Positions 10,281 through 18,925 of a stretch of 64,000 nucleotides of DNA are shown here, piece after piece (the first letter of the stretch is position 1; each line of letters opens with the position of its first letter). The notes under the pieces were generated by a model that had not been told where the DNA came from, ran no database searches, and saw only the letters and a program-made list of their open reading frames with translations. Source of the DNA: an uncultured bacterium (lineage in GTDB: Bacteria > Babelota > Babeliae > Babelales > Vermiphilaceae). A program made the translations under genes and the position numbers. The stretch covers positions 160,001 through 224,000 of the forward strand of contig OY969699.1 in assembly GCA_963702025.1 (NCBI GenBank), written 5' to 3'.

Positions 10281-11360
10281 ATGTTTAAGCCCGTATTTAC
10301 CATAACCCCGGAAATCGCTTTAATTCTTATGCACATTGAAGCAGTCAAGCAAGAAATAAAAACTCTTCCCATCACGCCGCGCATGTTGGAAAGTTTGCGC
10401 GAAAGTGCCCGTTTAGCTTCAACCAGATATTCAACCTATATTGAAGGGAATCGTTTAACACAGGAACAAATAGATCTGGTTATCCATCATGATCAAAAAA
10501 TTCCTGGCAGAGCCCGAGAGGAAAAAGAGGTGTTGGGATATTATGCTGCTCTTGAAGAACTTGAAAAAATATCAGCACAAAAACAGCCGATCACCCAAGA
10601 AACGATTCAATTACTCCATGCATTAGTTATGGGAGGGGGTGCCCTAAAAGTTAAACCTACCCCCTATCGTGAAATGCAGAATGTTATTCGCGATAGTTCA
10701 ACCGGAAAAATCGTATATCTTCCCCCTGAAGCAAAAGATGTGCCTGAACTTATGCAAGATTTAGTAAATTGGCTAAAAACTCAAAAAAAAGATTTATTGC
10801 CAGATCCTTTACGCGCAGCAATTGCCCATTATCAATTTGCTACAATCCATCCTTATATTGACGGCAATGGCAGAACTGCTCGTTTGCTTGCCACCCTTAT
10901 TTTATATAAAGGAGGATATGATTTGAAAGGCATCTATTCTTTGGAAGAATACTATGCAAAAGATCTTGCATCCTATTATCAAGCGCTGGATATAGGCCCC
11001 TCTCATAATTACTATCTTGGGCGCGCCGATGCTGATATTACACCATGGATAACCTATTTTTGCTCTGGAATGCTTGAAAGCTTTCAAAAAGTAAAAGAGC
11101 ATGCTCTTCTTGCGCAGTCGACAAAAGATATAAGTAGGGAGTTAAAATCGCTTGATCCTCGTCAACGCAAAGCTCTTGCGCTATTCAGAAAAAAAACGGC
11201 AATTACCAGCCAAGACATTAAAAAGCTTTTCAAGCTGAAATCCAGAACAGCCAGACAGCTTTGCTCTTCCTGGCTTCAAAAGGGGTTTCTCGTTATCATC
11301 GATCCAGCTAAAAGAACACGTAAATATGGCATAAATCAAACCTATAGAAACTTATTATAA
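10281..11360 (+). CDS. Fic family protein (class II, internal inhibitory motif)
   Basis: HPYIDGNGRTARL catalytic motif; N-terminal STYIEGN inhibitory motif; C-terminal winged HTH. Confidence 0.9.
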   Translation: MFKPVFTITPEIALILMHIEAVKQEIKTLPITPRMLESLRESARLASTRYSTYIEGNRLTQEQIDLVIHHDQKIPGRAREEKEVLGYYAALEELEKISAQKQPITQETIQLLHALVMGGGALKVKPTPYREMQNVIRDSSTGKIVYLPPEAKDVPELMQDLVNWLKTQKKDLLPDPLRAAIAHYQFATIHPYIDGNGRTARLLATLILYKGGYDLKGIYSLEEYYAKDLASYYQALDIGPSHNYYLGRADADITPWITYFCSGMLESFQKVKEHALLAQSTKDISRELKSLDPRQRKALALFRKKTAITSQDIKKLFKLKSRTARQLCSSWLQKGFLVIIDPAKRTRKYGINQTYRNLL

Positions 11361-11440
11361 CCATTTTTAACCTTGACATTGCTCCATTTTATTGTATATT
11401 AGAAAATAATAGATAAAAATAGATCAAAATGGAGTTAATT

Positions 11441-12121
11441 ATGTCACTTTTTAACAAGATCCTTATTGCTAGCTTTGCAGTACTTTGTGCCGTTGGTTCT
11501 CAATCAATTTCTGCCATGGAAACTGATAAAAATGCTCTTGCATTTTCGCATTTAAAACCTTTTTACCAAGAATTAGACAGTTTTAGGAAAGATGAAACAA
11601 AAGTAACATTTTCTATTCATACAATTAATGAAACAATTAATCAAACCGAAATCCTCTATGGTGCCTATCTGCACGATGCACACAATACTAAACTTGGATC
11701 ATGCAAAATAAAATATAACCCCCAAACCCGCGTAGCATTTTGCTATAGTTTATGGGTACATCAAAACGATCGGCAACAAGGGATCGGAACATATCTGGCT
11801 GCGATGGTTGCAAAATTCTTAGCATCATATGATTGCCGGGGCATAGCATGGCATGTTGAGCCACATGATTTGAGAGATGGGGAACAAAAAGATCAGATGA
11901 TGTCTAAATTAATCAAATTCTATGAAGCACTCGGCGCAACATATTACAAAGATTTAAATTGTATGTTTTTTGATATACAACAACAAACAGATATAAAAGC
12001 GCTCATTCGAGCAGTGACCCTTGCAAATCACGTTGCGCAATCCGATCAACCGGATACCGTTATGCCGGAAAAAGCATACGGCAGAATTAATATAGTGTTA
12101 AATCACTTACAAAATAGATAA
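11441..12121 (+). CDS. Secreted GNAT-fold acetyltransferase-like protein
   Basis: Signal peptide ..ISA-ME; VHQNDRQQGIGTYL acetyl-CoA motif; LIKFYEALG. Confidence 0.75.
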   Translation: MSLFNKILIASFAVLCAVGSQSISAMETDKNALAFSHLKPFYQELDSFRKDETKVTFSIHTINETINQTEILYGAYLHDAHNTKLGSCKIKYNPQTRVAFCYSLWVHQNDRQQGIGTYLAAMVAKFLASYDCRGIAWHVEPHDLRDGEQKDQMMSKLIKFYEALGATYYKDLNCMFFDIQQQTDIKALIRAVTLANHVAQSDQPDTVMPEKAYGRINIVLNHLQNR

Positions 12122-12139
12122 GGAATTTTGGAGGTTATT

Positions 12140-12789
12140 ATGAAATTAAGAATGATAATTGTAACGCTAACTCTCATTGTCACACAATCCATTTTTGGCA
12201 TGGCGCAGCACCAAGCGCTTAATCGCGCACGCCAGATTGTTGGCCATCTGCAGCAACCAAGGCAGCCAAGTGCACCAGGATATCAGCCACATGAAAAGCT
12301 CATGTTGCCCATGGCATGTGCCGGTAGTATAGAAGGTTGTGTGGAGGGTTGGATACATGAAAAAGTTATCTCCGATAAAAAAACACAACAGCCAATTGCC
12401 TGTATTCACCTTTTTGTTGAAGATGATAATTCATCATCTACCAAATTTACCGCTTCACTTTCAATGCCAACTCAGCATAACATTGGGTCAGCAATGGTTA
12501 CTTATCATAAAAAAAATAACACTTTAGAGCTGGAACTTTTAACGGTAAATACTGATTTTCGTGGCAAAGGTTATGGTAGCATGCTCCTTGCCTCTGTTAA
12601 AAATCTTGCTCGCCATCTTGGCTGTAAAGAAATCACCGGCACCGCAGCTCCGTATGCACTTAAAGAAGGTGAAACAAAAAGCAAAATCTTCCAAAATTGA
12701 TCAAATTATACCGTTCATTCGGCGCCAAACTAGATGGCAAAGCTACTGCGATCGAAGCGCCGATGAAGATCAGTCTGCAAAAGAAATGA
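12140..12789 (+). pseudogene. Secreted GNAT acetyltransferase with frameshift near the 3' end
   Basis: VNTDFRGKGYGSML motif; the ORF stops at 12700, but the shifted frame continues NLPKLIKLYRSFGAK, matching the paralog's SKLIKFYEALGA, to TGA at 12789. Confidence 0.65.
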
Positions 12790-12905
12790 AGGCTAGTGCC
12801 AAGCCGCTTCATTTGAGCAGCAGCTTAAAAATTGATTGATCCCCAAAAAAGCGGTACTATTTTTGATAATAAATTACAAAAACTGACGCTTTTAAGGGAT
12901 ACTCA

Positions 12906-15509
12906 ATGACATCCGATCAAATACGCCAAAAGTTTTTCGATTTTTTCATCAAACGGGGCCACACTCAGGTTGCCAGCTCGTCATTGATTCCCGCCCAAGA
13001 TCCAAGTTTACTTTTTACCAATGCAGGGATGAATCAGTTCAAAGATGTCTTCTTGGGTAAAGAAAAACGAAGCTATACCCGCGCAGTGTCCATTCAAAAA
13101 TGTGTGCGGGCCGGCGGTAAACACAATGATTTGGAAAACGTTGGCTTTACCAAGCGACATCTAACCTTTTTTGAAATGATGGGCAACTTCTCATTTGGTG
13201 ATTATTTTAAGAAAGATGCCATCCATTTTGCCTGGGATTTTCTGGCCAAAGAGATGAATCTTCCGACTGAAAAATTACATGCCACTGTCTATAAAACTGA
13301 CGATGAAGCATACGATATTTGGCATAAAGAAATTGGTATACCTGCTGATCGTATGCATCGCCTTGGTGAAAAAGACAACTTTTGGCAGATGGGTGAAACC
13401 GGCCCTTGTGGCCCTTGCACCGAAATTCACATTGATCGCGGCCCTGAATTTGGCTGCAAAGAGATTAAAAACTGTGGCCCGGCATGCGATTGCGATCGCT
13501 TCTTGGAAATCTGGAACTTAGTGTTCATGCAATTTGATCGCCAACCGGATGGCGCGGATAAGCCGCTCAAACAGACCGGCGTTGATACGGGTATGGGCAT
13601 TGAACGCTTGTGTGTTGTTGTCCAAAATAAAGACTCGGTATATCAAACTGATCTTTTTACACCAATTATTGAGCGCATAGAAAAACTCTCGGGTAAAAAA
13701 TATGCTGAACAAAATGATCAAACAAAAGCAGCATTTCATGTTCTTGCCGATCACATTCGTTCATCAACCATGATTATTGCCGATGGCGGCGCTCCCTCGA
13801 ATGAAGGGCGCGGCTATGTCTTGCGTAAAATAATCCGCCGCGCAGCATTGTTTGCTCAAAAATTAACCTCCGAGAATATTTTCCCTGAACTTTCACGGGT
13901 AGTTATTGAACAATTGGGGGCTATTTATCCTGAGCTCAATACCAATGCAACGCTCATTTATAAAATTTTAGACAGTGAAATTAGTAAATTCTCGGCAAAC
14001 TTAACTCGGGGGCAAGCTATCTTAGAAAAATATTTCCAAGATCATCCAAAGGAAAAAATTGTCACCGGATCACAAGCATTTAAATTATATGACACCTATG
14101 GCTTCCCTATCGAACTTATTCGCGTAATGGCGCAAGAAAAGGGCTTTACCGTTGATGATGCGGGCTTTGAAATAGAAATGGCAAAACAACAAGAACAATC
14201 AGGTAAAAAAACAACCATTGATGAACTCAATTATCTGCTGCCCGATTCAGTAACCACAGAATTTACCGGTTATCAGGAACTGCAAACAAGTTCACCCATC
14301 ACTCATTTAATTTATGAAGATAAGCTCGTTGATAGTGTGCCGGCCGGCTCGCTATGTTGGGTGATCACACAAAAATCCCCTTATTTTATCGTTGGGGGCG
14401 GGCAAGTGCCCGATCAAGGAACAATCACCATTCAGGGAGTTGAAACTCCTCTCCTGCAAGTCCGCTATATTAATAATGCAATAGGCATACATATTAAAAC
14501 GCCCGTTGCCCTAAAAGTGGGCCAAACAATTACGAGCTCGGTTGATCCGGTATGGCGCACCAATGCGATGAAAAATCATACCGCAACCCACTTACTGCAA
14601 TCAGCGTTAATTACGTTATTTGGCAAACAGATCAAACAATCCGGTTCGTTGGTACATCCTGACTATTTGCGCTTTGATTTTACCTATCATGAAAATTTAA
14701 GCGCAGCAGATTTGCAAAAAGTAGAAGATTTAGTAAATGAAAAAATAAGACAAAATATTCCGCTTAAGATAGAATATCTGCCGCTCACTGAAGCGGTAAA
14801 GCGCGGCGCCTTGGCTTTCTTTGGCGATAAATATAATCCTGAAAAAGTACGTTTGGTGGATGTTCCCGGCTTCTCTCAAGAGCTATGCGGCGGCACTCAC
14901 GTGCGCGCAACAGGAGACATTGGAGTCTTTAAAATTACTGATATGAGTGCTCTCTCAGCAGGACATCGCCGCATTACGGCAATAACGGGGCCACGCGCGC
15001 TTGAACTGTTTCAAGAAACATTTGCCATCGTAAAAAGCCTTAGTCAGGATTTTAAGGTTCAAAAAGAACAGGTTTTAGATGCTGTAGCAAAAGAAAAAGA
15101 GACCTTCAAAAAAATGCAAATGCATCTTAAACACCTCAAAAAACAATTATTTGCATTACAAATACCAGCATGGCTTGAGCAGGTTCAAACAATTAATGGA
15201 TTACCTTTCCTTTATCAATCAATAACTGATGCATCCAATGAAGAAATAAAAGAGATTGCGCAACAATTGAGTCAAAAAAAATCAGGGCTCTATTTCTTGT
15301 CCAGCTGCACGGATGATAAAACTATTTTTGTCGCCCAGCTGAGTCCTACAATTAAAAATATTGATATCAAAAAACTTGCTCATCACTTACAAGAAAAGTA
15401 TGGCATCCGCGGGGGCGGATCGAGCACCTTTTTGCAAGGTGGGGCCAATCAACTGCCACAATCGTTAAAAGAGGATTTAAAAGAATGGTTAGAAAAAATA
15501 TCTGCCTAG
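12906..15509 (+). CDS. alaS: Alanine--tRNA ligase
   Basis: LLFTNAGMNQFK, HLTFFEMMGNFSFGDYFK, DTGMGIER, NHTATH and ELCGGTH editing-domain motifs. Confidence 0.98.
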   Translation: MTSDQIRQKFFDFFIKRGHTQVASSSLIPAQDPSLLFTNAGMNQFKDVFLGKEKRSYTRAVSIQKCVRAGGKHNDLENVGFTKRHLTFFEMMGNFSFGDYFKKDAIHFAWDFLAKEMNLPTEKLHATVYKTDDEAYDIWHKEIGIPADRMHRLGEKDNFWQMGETGPCGPCTEIHIDRGPEFGCKEIKNCGPACDCDRFLEIWNLVFMQFDRQPDGADKPLKQTGVDTGMGIERLCVVVQNKDSVYQTDLFTPIIERIEKLSGKKYAEQNDQTKAAFHVLADHIRSSTMIIADGGAPSNEGRGYVLRKIIRRAALFAQKLTSENIFPELSRVVIEQLGAIYPELNTNATLIYKILDSEISKFSANLTRGQAILEKYFQDHPKEKIVTGSQAFKLYDTYGFPIELIRVMAQEKGFTVDDAGFEIEMAKQQEQSGKKTTIDELNYLLPDSVTTEFTGYQELQTSSPITHLIYEDKLVDSVPAGSLCWVITQKSPYFIVGGGQVPDQGTITIQGVETPLLQVRYINNAIGIHIKTPVALKVGQTITSSVDPVWRTNAMKNHTATHLLQSALITLFGKQIKQSGSLVHPDYLRFDFTYHENLSAADLQKVEDLVNEKIRQNIPLKIEYLPLTEAVKRGALAFFGDKYNPEKVRLVDVPGFSQELCGGTHVRATGDIGVFKITDMSALSAGHRRITAITGPRALELFQETFAIVKSLSQDFKVQKEQVLDAVAKEKETFKKMQMHLKHLKKQLFALQIPAWLEQVQTINGLPFLYQSITDASNEEIKEIAQQLSQKKSGLYFLSSCTDDKTIFVAQLSPTIKNIDIKKLAHHLQEKYGIRGGGSSTFLQGGANQLPQSLKEDLKEWLEKISA

Positions 15510-15763
15510 GACTCATATTAACAACTGCTATAGCCTCAACAACTTTTAGCATGGTTATTGAACGCGAATTGCGTCAACTAAACCGAAAGCGACAAACGGA
15601 AGAAATTGAAAGGAAAATTGCTTTGCAAAATAGAAAAACAACTAACTTTTCAAGCAAAAGAAATCCGTCCAGAAATTGCCTTGCATTATTAGATTGGTTC
15701 ATCTCACATTACACCTACGCAAATATACAGCCCAACGTTCATCCGGTCATGAATGAATGGTAA
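15485..15763 (+). CDS. Small secreted hypothetical protein
   Basis: Signal peptide ..TFS-M; overlaps the end of alaS. Confidence 0.5.
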   Translation: MVRKNICLGLILTTAIASTTFSMVIERELRQLNRKRQTEEIERKIALQNRKTTNFSSKRNPSRNCLALLDWFISHYTYANIQPNVHPVMNEW

Positions 15764-16194
15764 CCGTCATGCGCTATATTTTTCTTATATCTGCTCTTTT
15801 TTTTGTGCCGCTATCAGGAATGGAAAATCCTGAGCCTATCTTAAATGAAGCGCTCGAAATTCAAGAATTCACATGGCCGGTACGCAAACAAATAGTATTG
15901 CACACCCAAGACATTAATACATTAATGGACAAATGTGCCGGCAAAAAAAGAGAACCACCTCATACCGCCTGTTGTGATAAACATTCAACAATCTATGCCA
16001 ATGCAAAAGAATATTTACGGGGTATTAAACATCTTTTAGACAGAATAATCCTTGAATGCGATAAAATACGTGCACATCATGGTAACTATCAGGAACATTT
16101 TGAACGCGCACGGCTCTTGTTATGGCAATCGTATGAAAAAGCAGAAAAATATGCCGAAATACAGGATACTTTAAAAGAAAAATTCTCATCATAG
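15757..16194 (+). CDS. Secreted hypothetical protein
   Basis: Signal peptide ..LSG-ME. Confidence 0.6.
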   Translation: MVTVMRYIFLISALFFVPLSGMENPEPILNEALEIQEFTWPVRKQIVLHTQDINTLMDKCAGKKREPPHTACCDKHSTIYANAKEYLRGIKHLLDRIILECDKIRAHHGNYQEHFERARLLLWQSYEKAEKYAEIQDTLKEKFSS

Positions 16195-16261
16195 AGCATT
16201 TTTCTTATTGGTCTCACTATTTTTTATGATTTGCAAGAGTGCTGGAGTGTTCATTTCAAGA

Positions 16262-16843
16262 TCAAAGTTTTTTTTGTCCCTCATTAAACTTTTGTTCCTC
16301 AAGGCGGGCATTTATCTCAAGCATTAACGCAATCCGCGCGACCATAAGATCTCGATTACTTTTTTGCAGCTCTTCAATTTGCCGAGAAGATGATTGTGTT
16401 AGTAGTGTTAGATCGGAAATCCCTTGCTGATCTATCGCAAACTCATTAAGAGATTTTTTCATAAATTTTATTAGATTATTACGACACGCCGTTACAGATT
16501 CTAAATCTTTAATCTCGTTCTCAAGCACCGTTTCAAGATCTTTAGATGGTTCTGTATCACATGCTTCAGCTGCCATTGCATGATTAAGTAGACTCATATT
16601 ATATAGATTGGCTAATGTCCCCATGTCTGAACAAACTCTTTCAAAGATCTGGTCTTCACGTTGCTGTATTTGTGGGTTTTTTAGTCCGACAATACGAATT
16701 TTTCTCATTGGACATACAAAATTCTGGGCAGACTCCATAACAATATGAGCAATCTCAGTTTGAGAGTCCTTATCTTTTTCTCCTTCCATGGCATATGCGA
16801 GAGATACTGTTAAAGCAAGCGTTAAGCTCATTAATTTCTTCAT
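16262..16843 (-). CDS. Secreted helical hypothetical protein (paralog of 17000-17626)
   Basis: Signal peptide ..AYA-ME; shares CP, NL(Y/F)xM and SKD(L/I)xT(V/I)L motifs with its neighbour. Confidence 0.7.
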   Translation of the reverse strand: MKKLMSLTLALTVSLAYAMEGEKDKDSQTEIAHIVMESAQNFVCPMRKIRIVGLKNPQIQQREDQIFERVCSDMGTLANLYNMSLLNHAMAAEACDTEPSKDLETVLENEIKDLESVTACRNNLIKFMKKSLNEFAIDQQGISDLTLLTQSSSRQIEELQKSNRDLMVARIALMLEINARLEEQKFNEGQKKL

Positions 16844-16999
16844 ACAAGCCCCCTTCTGAAATATTTATAAATTATTTTAATTATGATTACTAAATTTATG
16901 AAAAAAAATCAGATTATTTTTTCGATCATTGTAATAGCTTGATCGATTTTTTCAGTAAGTAAAATAGAGGACGACCGATGCCAAATCTTCGAATGATCT

Positions 17000-17626
17000 T
17001 TACGACATCGCTTCTTTTTTGTTTTGTACCTGCTCATCAAATTCGTCAAGAATTGCATGCTCTTCTAGCGTTAAAGCAAGAAGCAGTGTTAGTCGGTTAT
17101 GAATATTTAATCTTTGGTCTTGGATCAATTTGGGAAGTTTACTCAAAGCAGACGACTGAAGTTCTTTACCGAAAAGATCTCCTTCCTCAGGATACAGACT
17201 CTTCATTGTGGCTTCTACAGATATCATACCCTGAAAAATATCCTTTTCAATTTCTTCAGCGTGTTTTGTAAGGATGGTTTTAATATCTTTTGACTTATTA
17301 ATATTATGTTCTGCGATAGCATTCTCATAAGTCATGGTTGCCATGGCAAATAGATTTGTATATAATTTTTTTTCAGTTAAATTTTGCAAAATCTTTTCTT
17401 TTCTTTTTTTTATTTCAGGATCCATTCGATTAAATTCAAAATTAGTTACCGGACATTCGAGTGTTTGCCCGTAGATATGTCCTTGAGAAGTTTTAGTAGA
17501 TTTATTGTCTACTTCAAATTCCCCTTTAGTCGCTTCGATTTTTTTAGAAATCTCGGGATTCTTTTCTTCCATGGCGCAAAGATGAGGGATAATCACTACC
17601 AATCCTATAGTCATTAATTTTTTCAT
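17000..17626 (-). CDS. Secreted helical hypothetical protein (paralog of 16262-16843)
   Basis: Signal peptide ..LCA-ME; AAGGA RBS. Confidence 0.7.
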   Translation of the reverse strand: MKKLMTIGLVVIIPHLCAMEEKNPEISKKIEATKGEFEVDNKSTKTSQGHIYGQTLECPVTNFEFNRMDPEIKKRKEKILQNLTEKKLYTNLFAMATMTYENAIAEHNINKSKDIKTILTKHAEEIEKDIFQGMISVEATMKSLYPEEGDLFGKELQSSALSKLPKLIQDQRLNIHNRLTLLLALTLEEHAILDEFDEQVQNKKEAMS

Positions 17627-17697
17627 AATGGATCCTTTTTAAAACAATATTAAAAAAATTTTGATTAAGATTTACCAAAATTATAAAAAAAAATATA

Positions 17698-18219
17698 TCA
17701 AATTGTTTGCTCAATAAGTGTAACAACCTGATTAATTTTCTCATCCAGCATAGTGGAGTCTTCATTAAATTTTTCAAGCACGTAATTTGGAACATCTTCT
17801 TTTGCCAAAGGACGACCGATGCCAAATCTTAGACGTGCAAATTGATCACCACAAGCAGAAATAATAGATTTCAGACCATTATGACCACGAGCACTGCCGC
17901 CAACGCGCATTTTAACAACGCCAAAAGGCTGCTCCAATTCATCATGCACCACTAAAATATTTTCTGGCTTAATCCCCTGCTTGAGTAATGCGGGAATAAC
18001 TTTGCCCGAATCATTCATGAAAGTTTGGGGCTTTATCAAGAGTATTTGTTTGCCATTAAACGGCATTATTGCCACTTCCATATTACTTTTGGTCTGCCAA
18101 GAAAGATGATGGCGATTGGCAAGGGTATCCAAAATACGAAAGCCAATATTGTGACGGGTATAATAATAACGAGGGCCGGGATTCCCCAGCCCTATAATTA
18201 CTTTAATATCTAAATTCAT
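17698..18219 (-). CDS. pth: Peptidyl-tRNA hydrolase
   Basis: GLGNPG..Y..TRHNIGF, KPQTFMNDSG, HDEL, GHNGLKS. Confidence 0.97.
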   Translation of the reverse strand: MNLDIKVIIGLGNPGPRYYYTRHNIGFRILDTLANRHHLSWQTKSNMEVAIMPFNGKQILLIKPQTFMNDSGKVIPALLKQGIKPENILVVHDELEQPFGVVKMRVGGSARGHNGLKSIISACGDQFARLRFGIGRPLAKEDVPNYVLEKFNEDSTMLDEKINQVVTLIEQTI

Positions 18220-18848
18220 TATGCAGCTTTTGTTGCCGGTTTAGGGGCCGCTACAGCTTTGCTTTTTGCCAGCGTTGTTTTTTGTTCATGCTTTTGATTA
18301 GCGAGTTTCATAACATCAGCAGTTGCATCGAGTCCTGCTTTTTTATAAATAACTCTGCCGCTGCTTTCATCAAGAACCATATAGAGATTTTTCTCTTTTG
18401 CCCAATCAGAAACCACTTGCACAAGATCAGCATACAGAGGTTGCATAAGACGCATCTCTTCCATTTGCAAATCGTTGCGGCCATCTTGCACAATTCGTTG
18501 CAACTTAGCGTTCAACTCACCTTTTTTATATTCAAGATCTCTAATTTTCTTTTCTGAATCCGCTTGTGCTTGGGAACTAGCCACCGCTTTTTGTTTCATA
18601 ATATCGGCGCGAATTCTTTGTTGTTCATCTTCAATATTTTTTAACTCTGCCATAATTTGCTTGGCTTCTGCTTCTAAAGAAGCGGACAATTTTTGCAACT
18701 GACCAATAGCTTCTTGGCCAAGTTTAGATTCCATCACCAAGCTTTGAAGGTTAACAGTACGTACCTTATCTTCCAAATTAAAATCTCCGCGTAATGCTGT
18801 CATGCTGCACAGAACAGTTAATGACAGTAACATATTTTTTAGTTTCAT
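18219..18848 (-). CDS. skp: OmpH/Skp family periplasmic chaperone
   Basis: Signal peptide, VNLQSLV..SKLG, coiled coil, AKEKNLYMVLD..D(A)TADV. Confidence 0.75.
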   Translation of the reverse strand: MKLKNMLLSLTVLCSMTALRGDFNLEDKVRTVNLQSLVMESKLGQEAIGQLQKLSASLEAEAKQIMAELKNIEDEQQRIRADIMKQKAVASSQAQADSEKKIRDLEYKKGELNAKLQRIVQDGRNDLQMEEMRLMQPLYADLVQVVSDWAKEKNLYMVLDESSGRVIYKKAGLDATADVMKLANQKHEQKTTLAKSKAVAAPKPATKAA

Positions 18849-18925
18849 ATGTGCCTCTTGAAAAAAAAATGGTTTTTAGGATGACTTTTATGCTTACTTT
18901 CACTCTACCCAAAGCTATAAAATAG

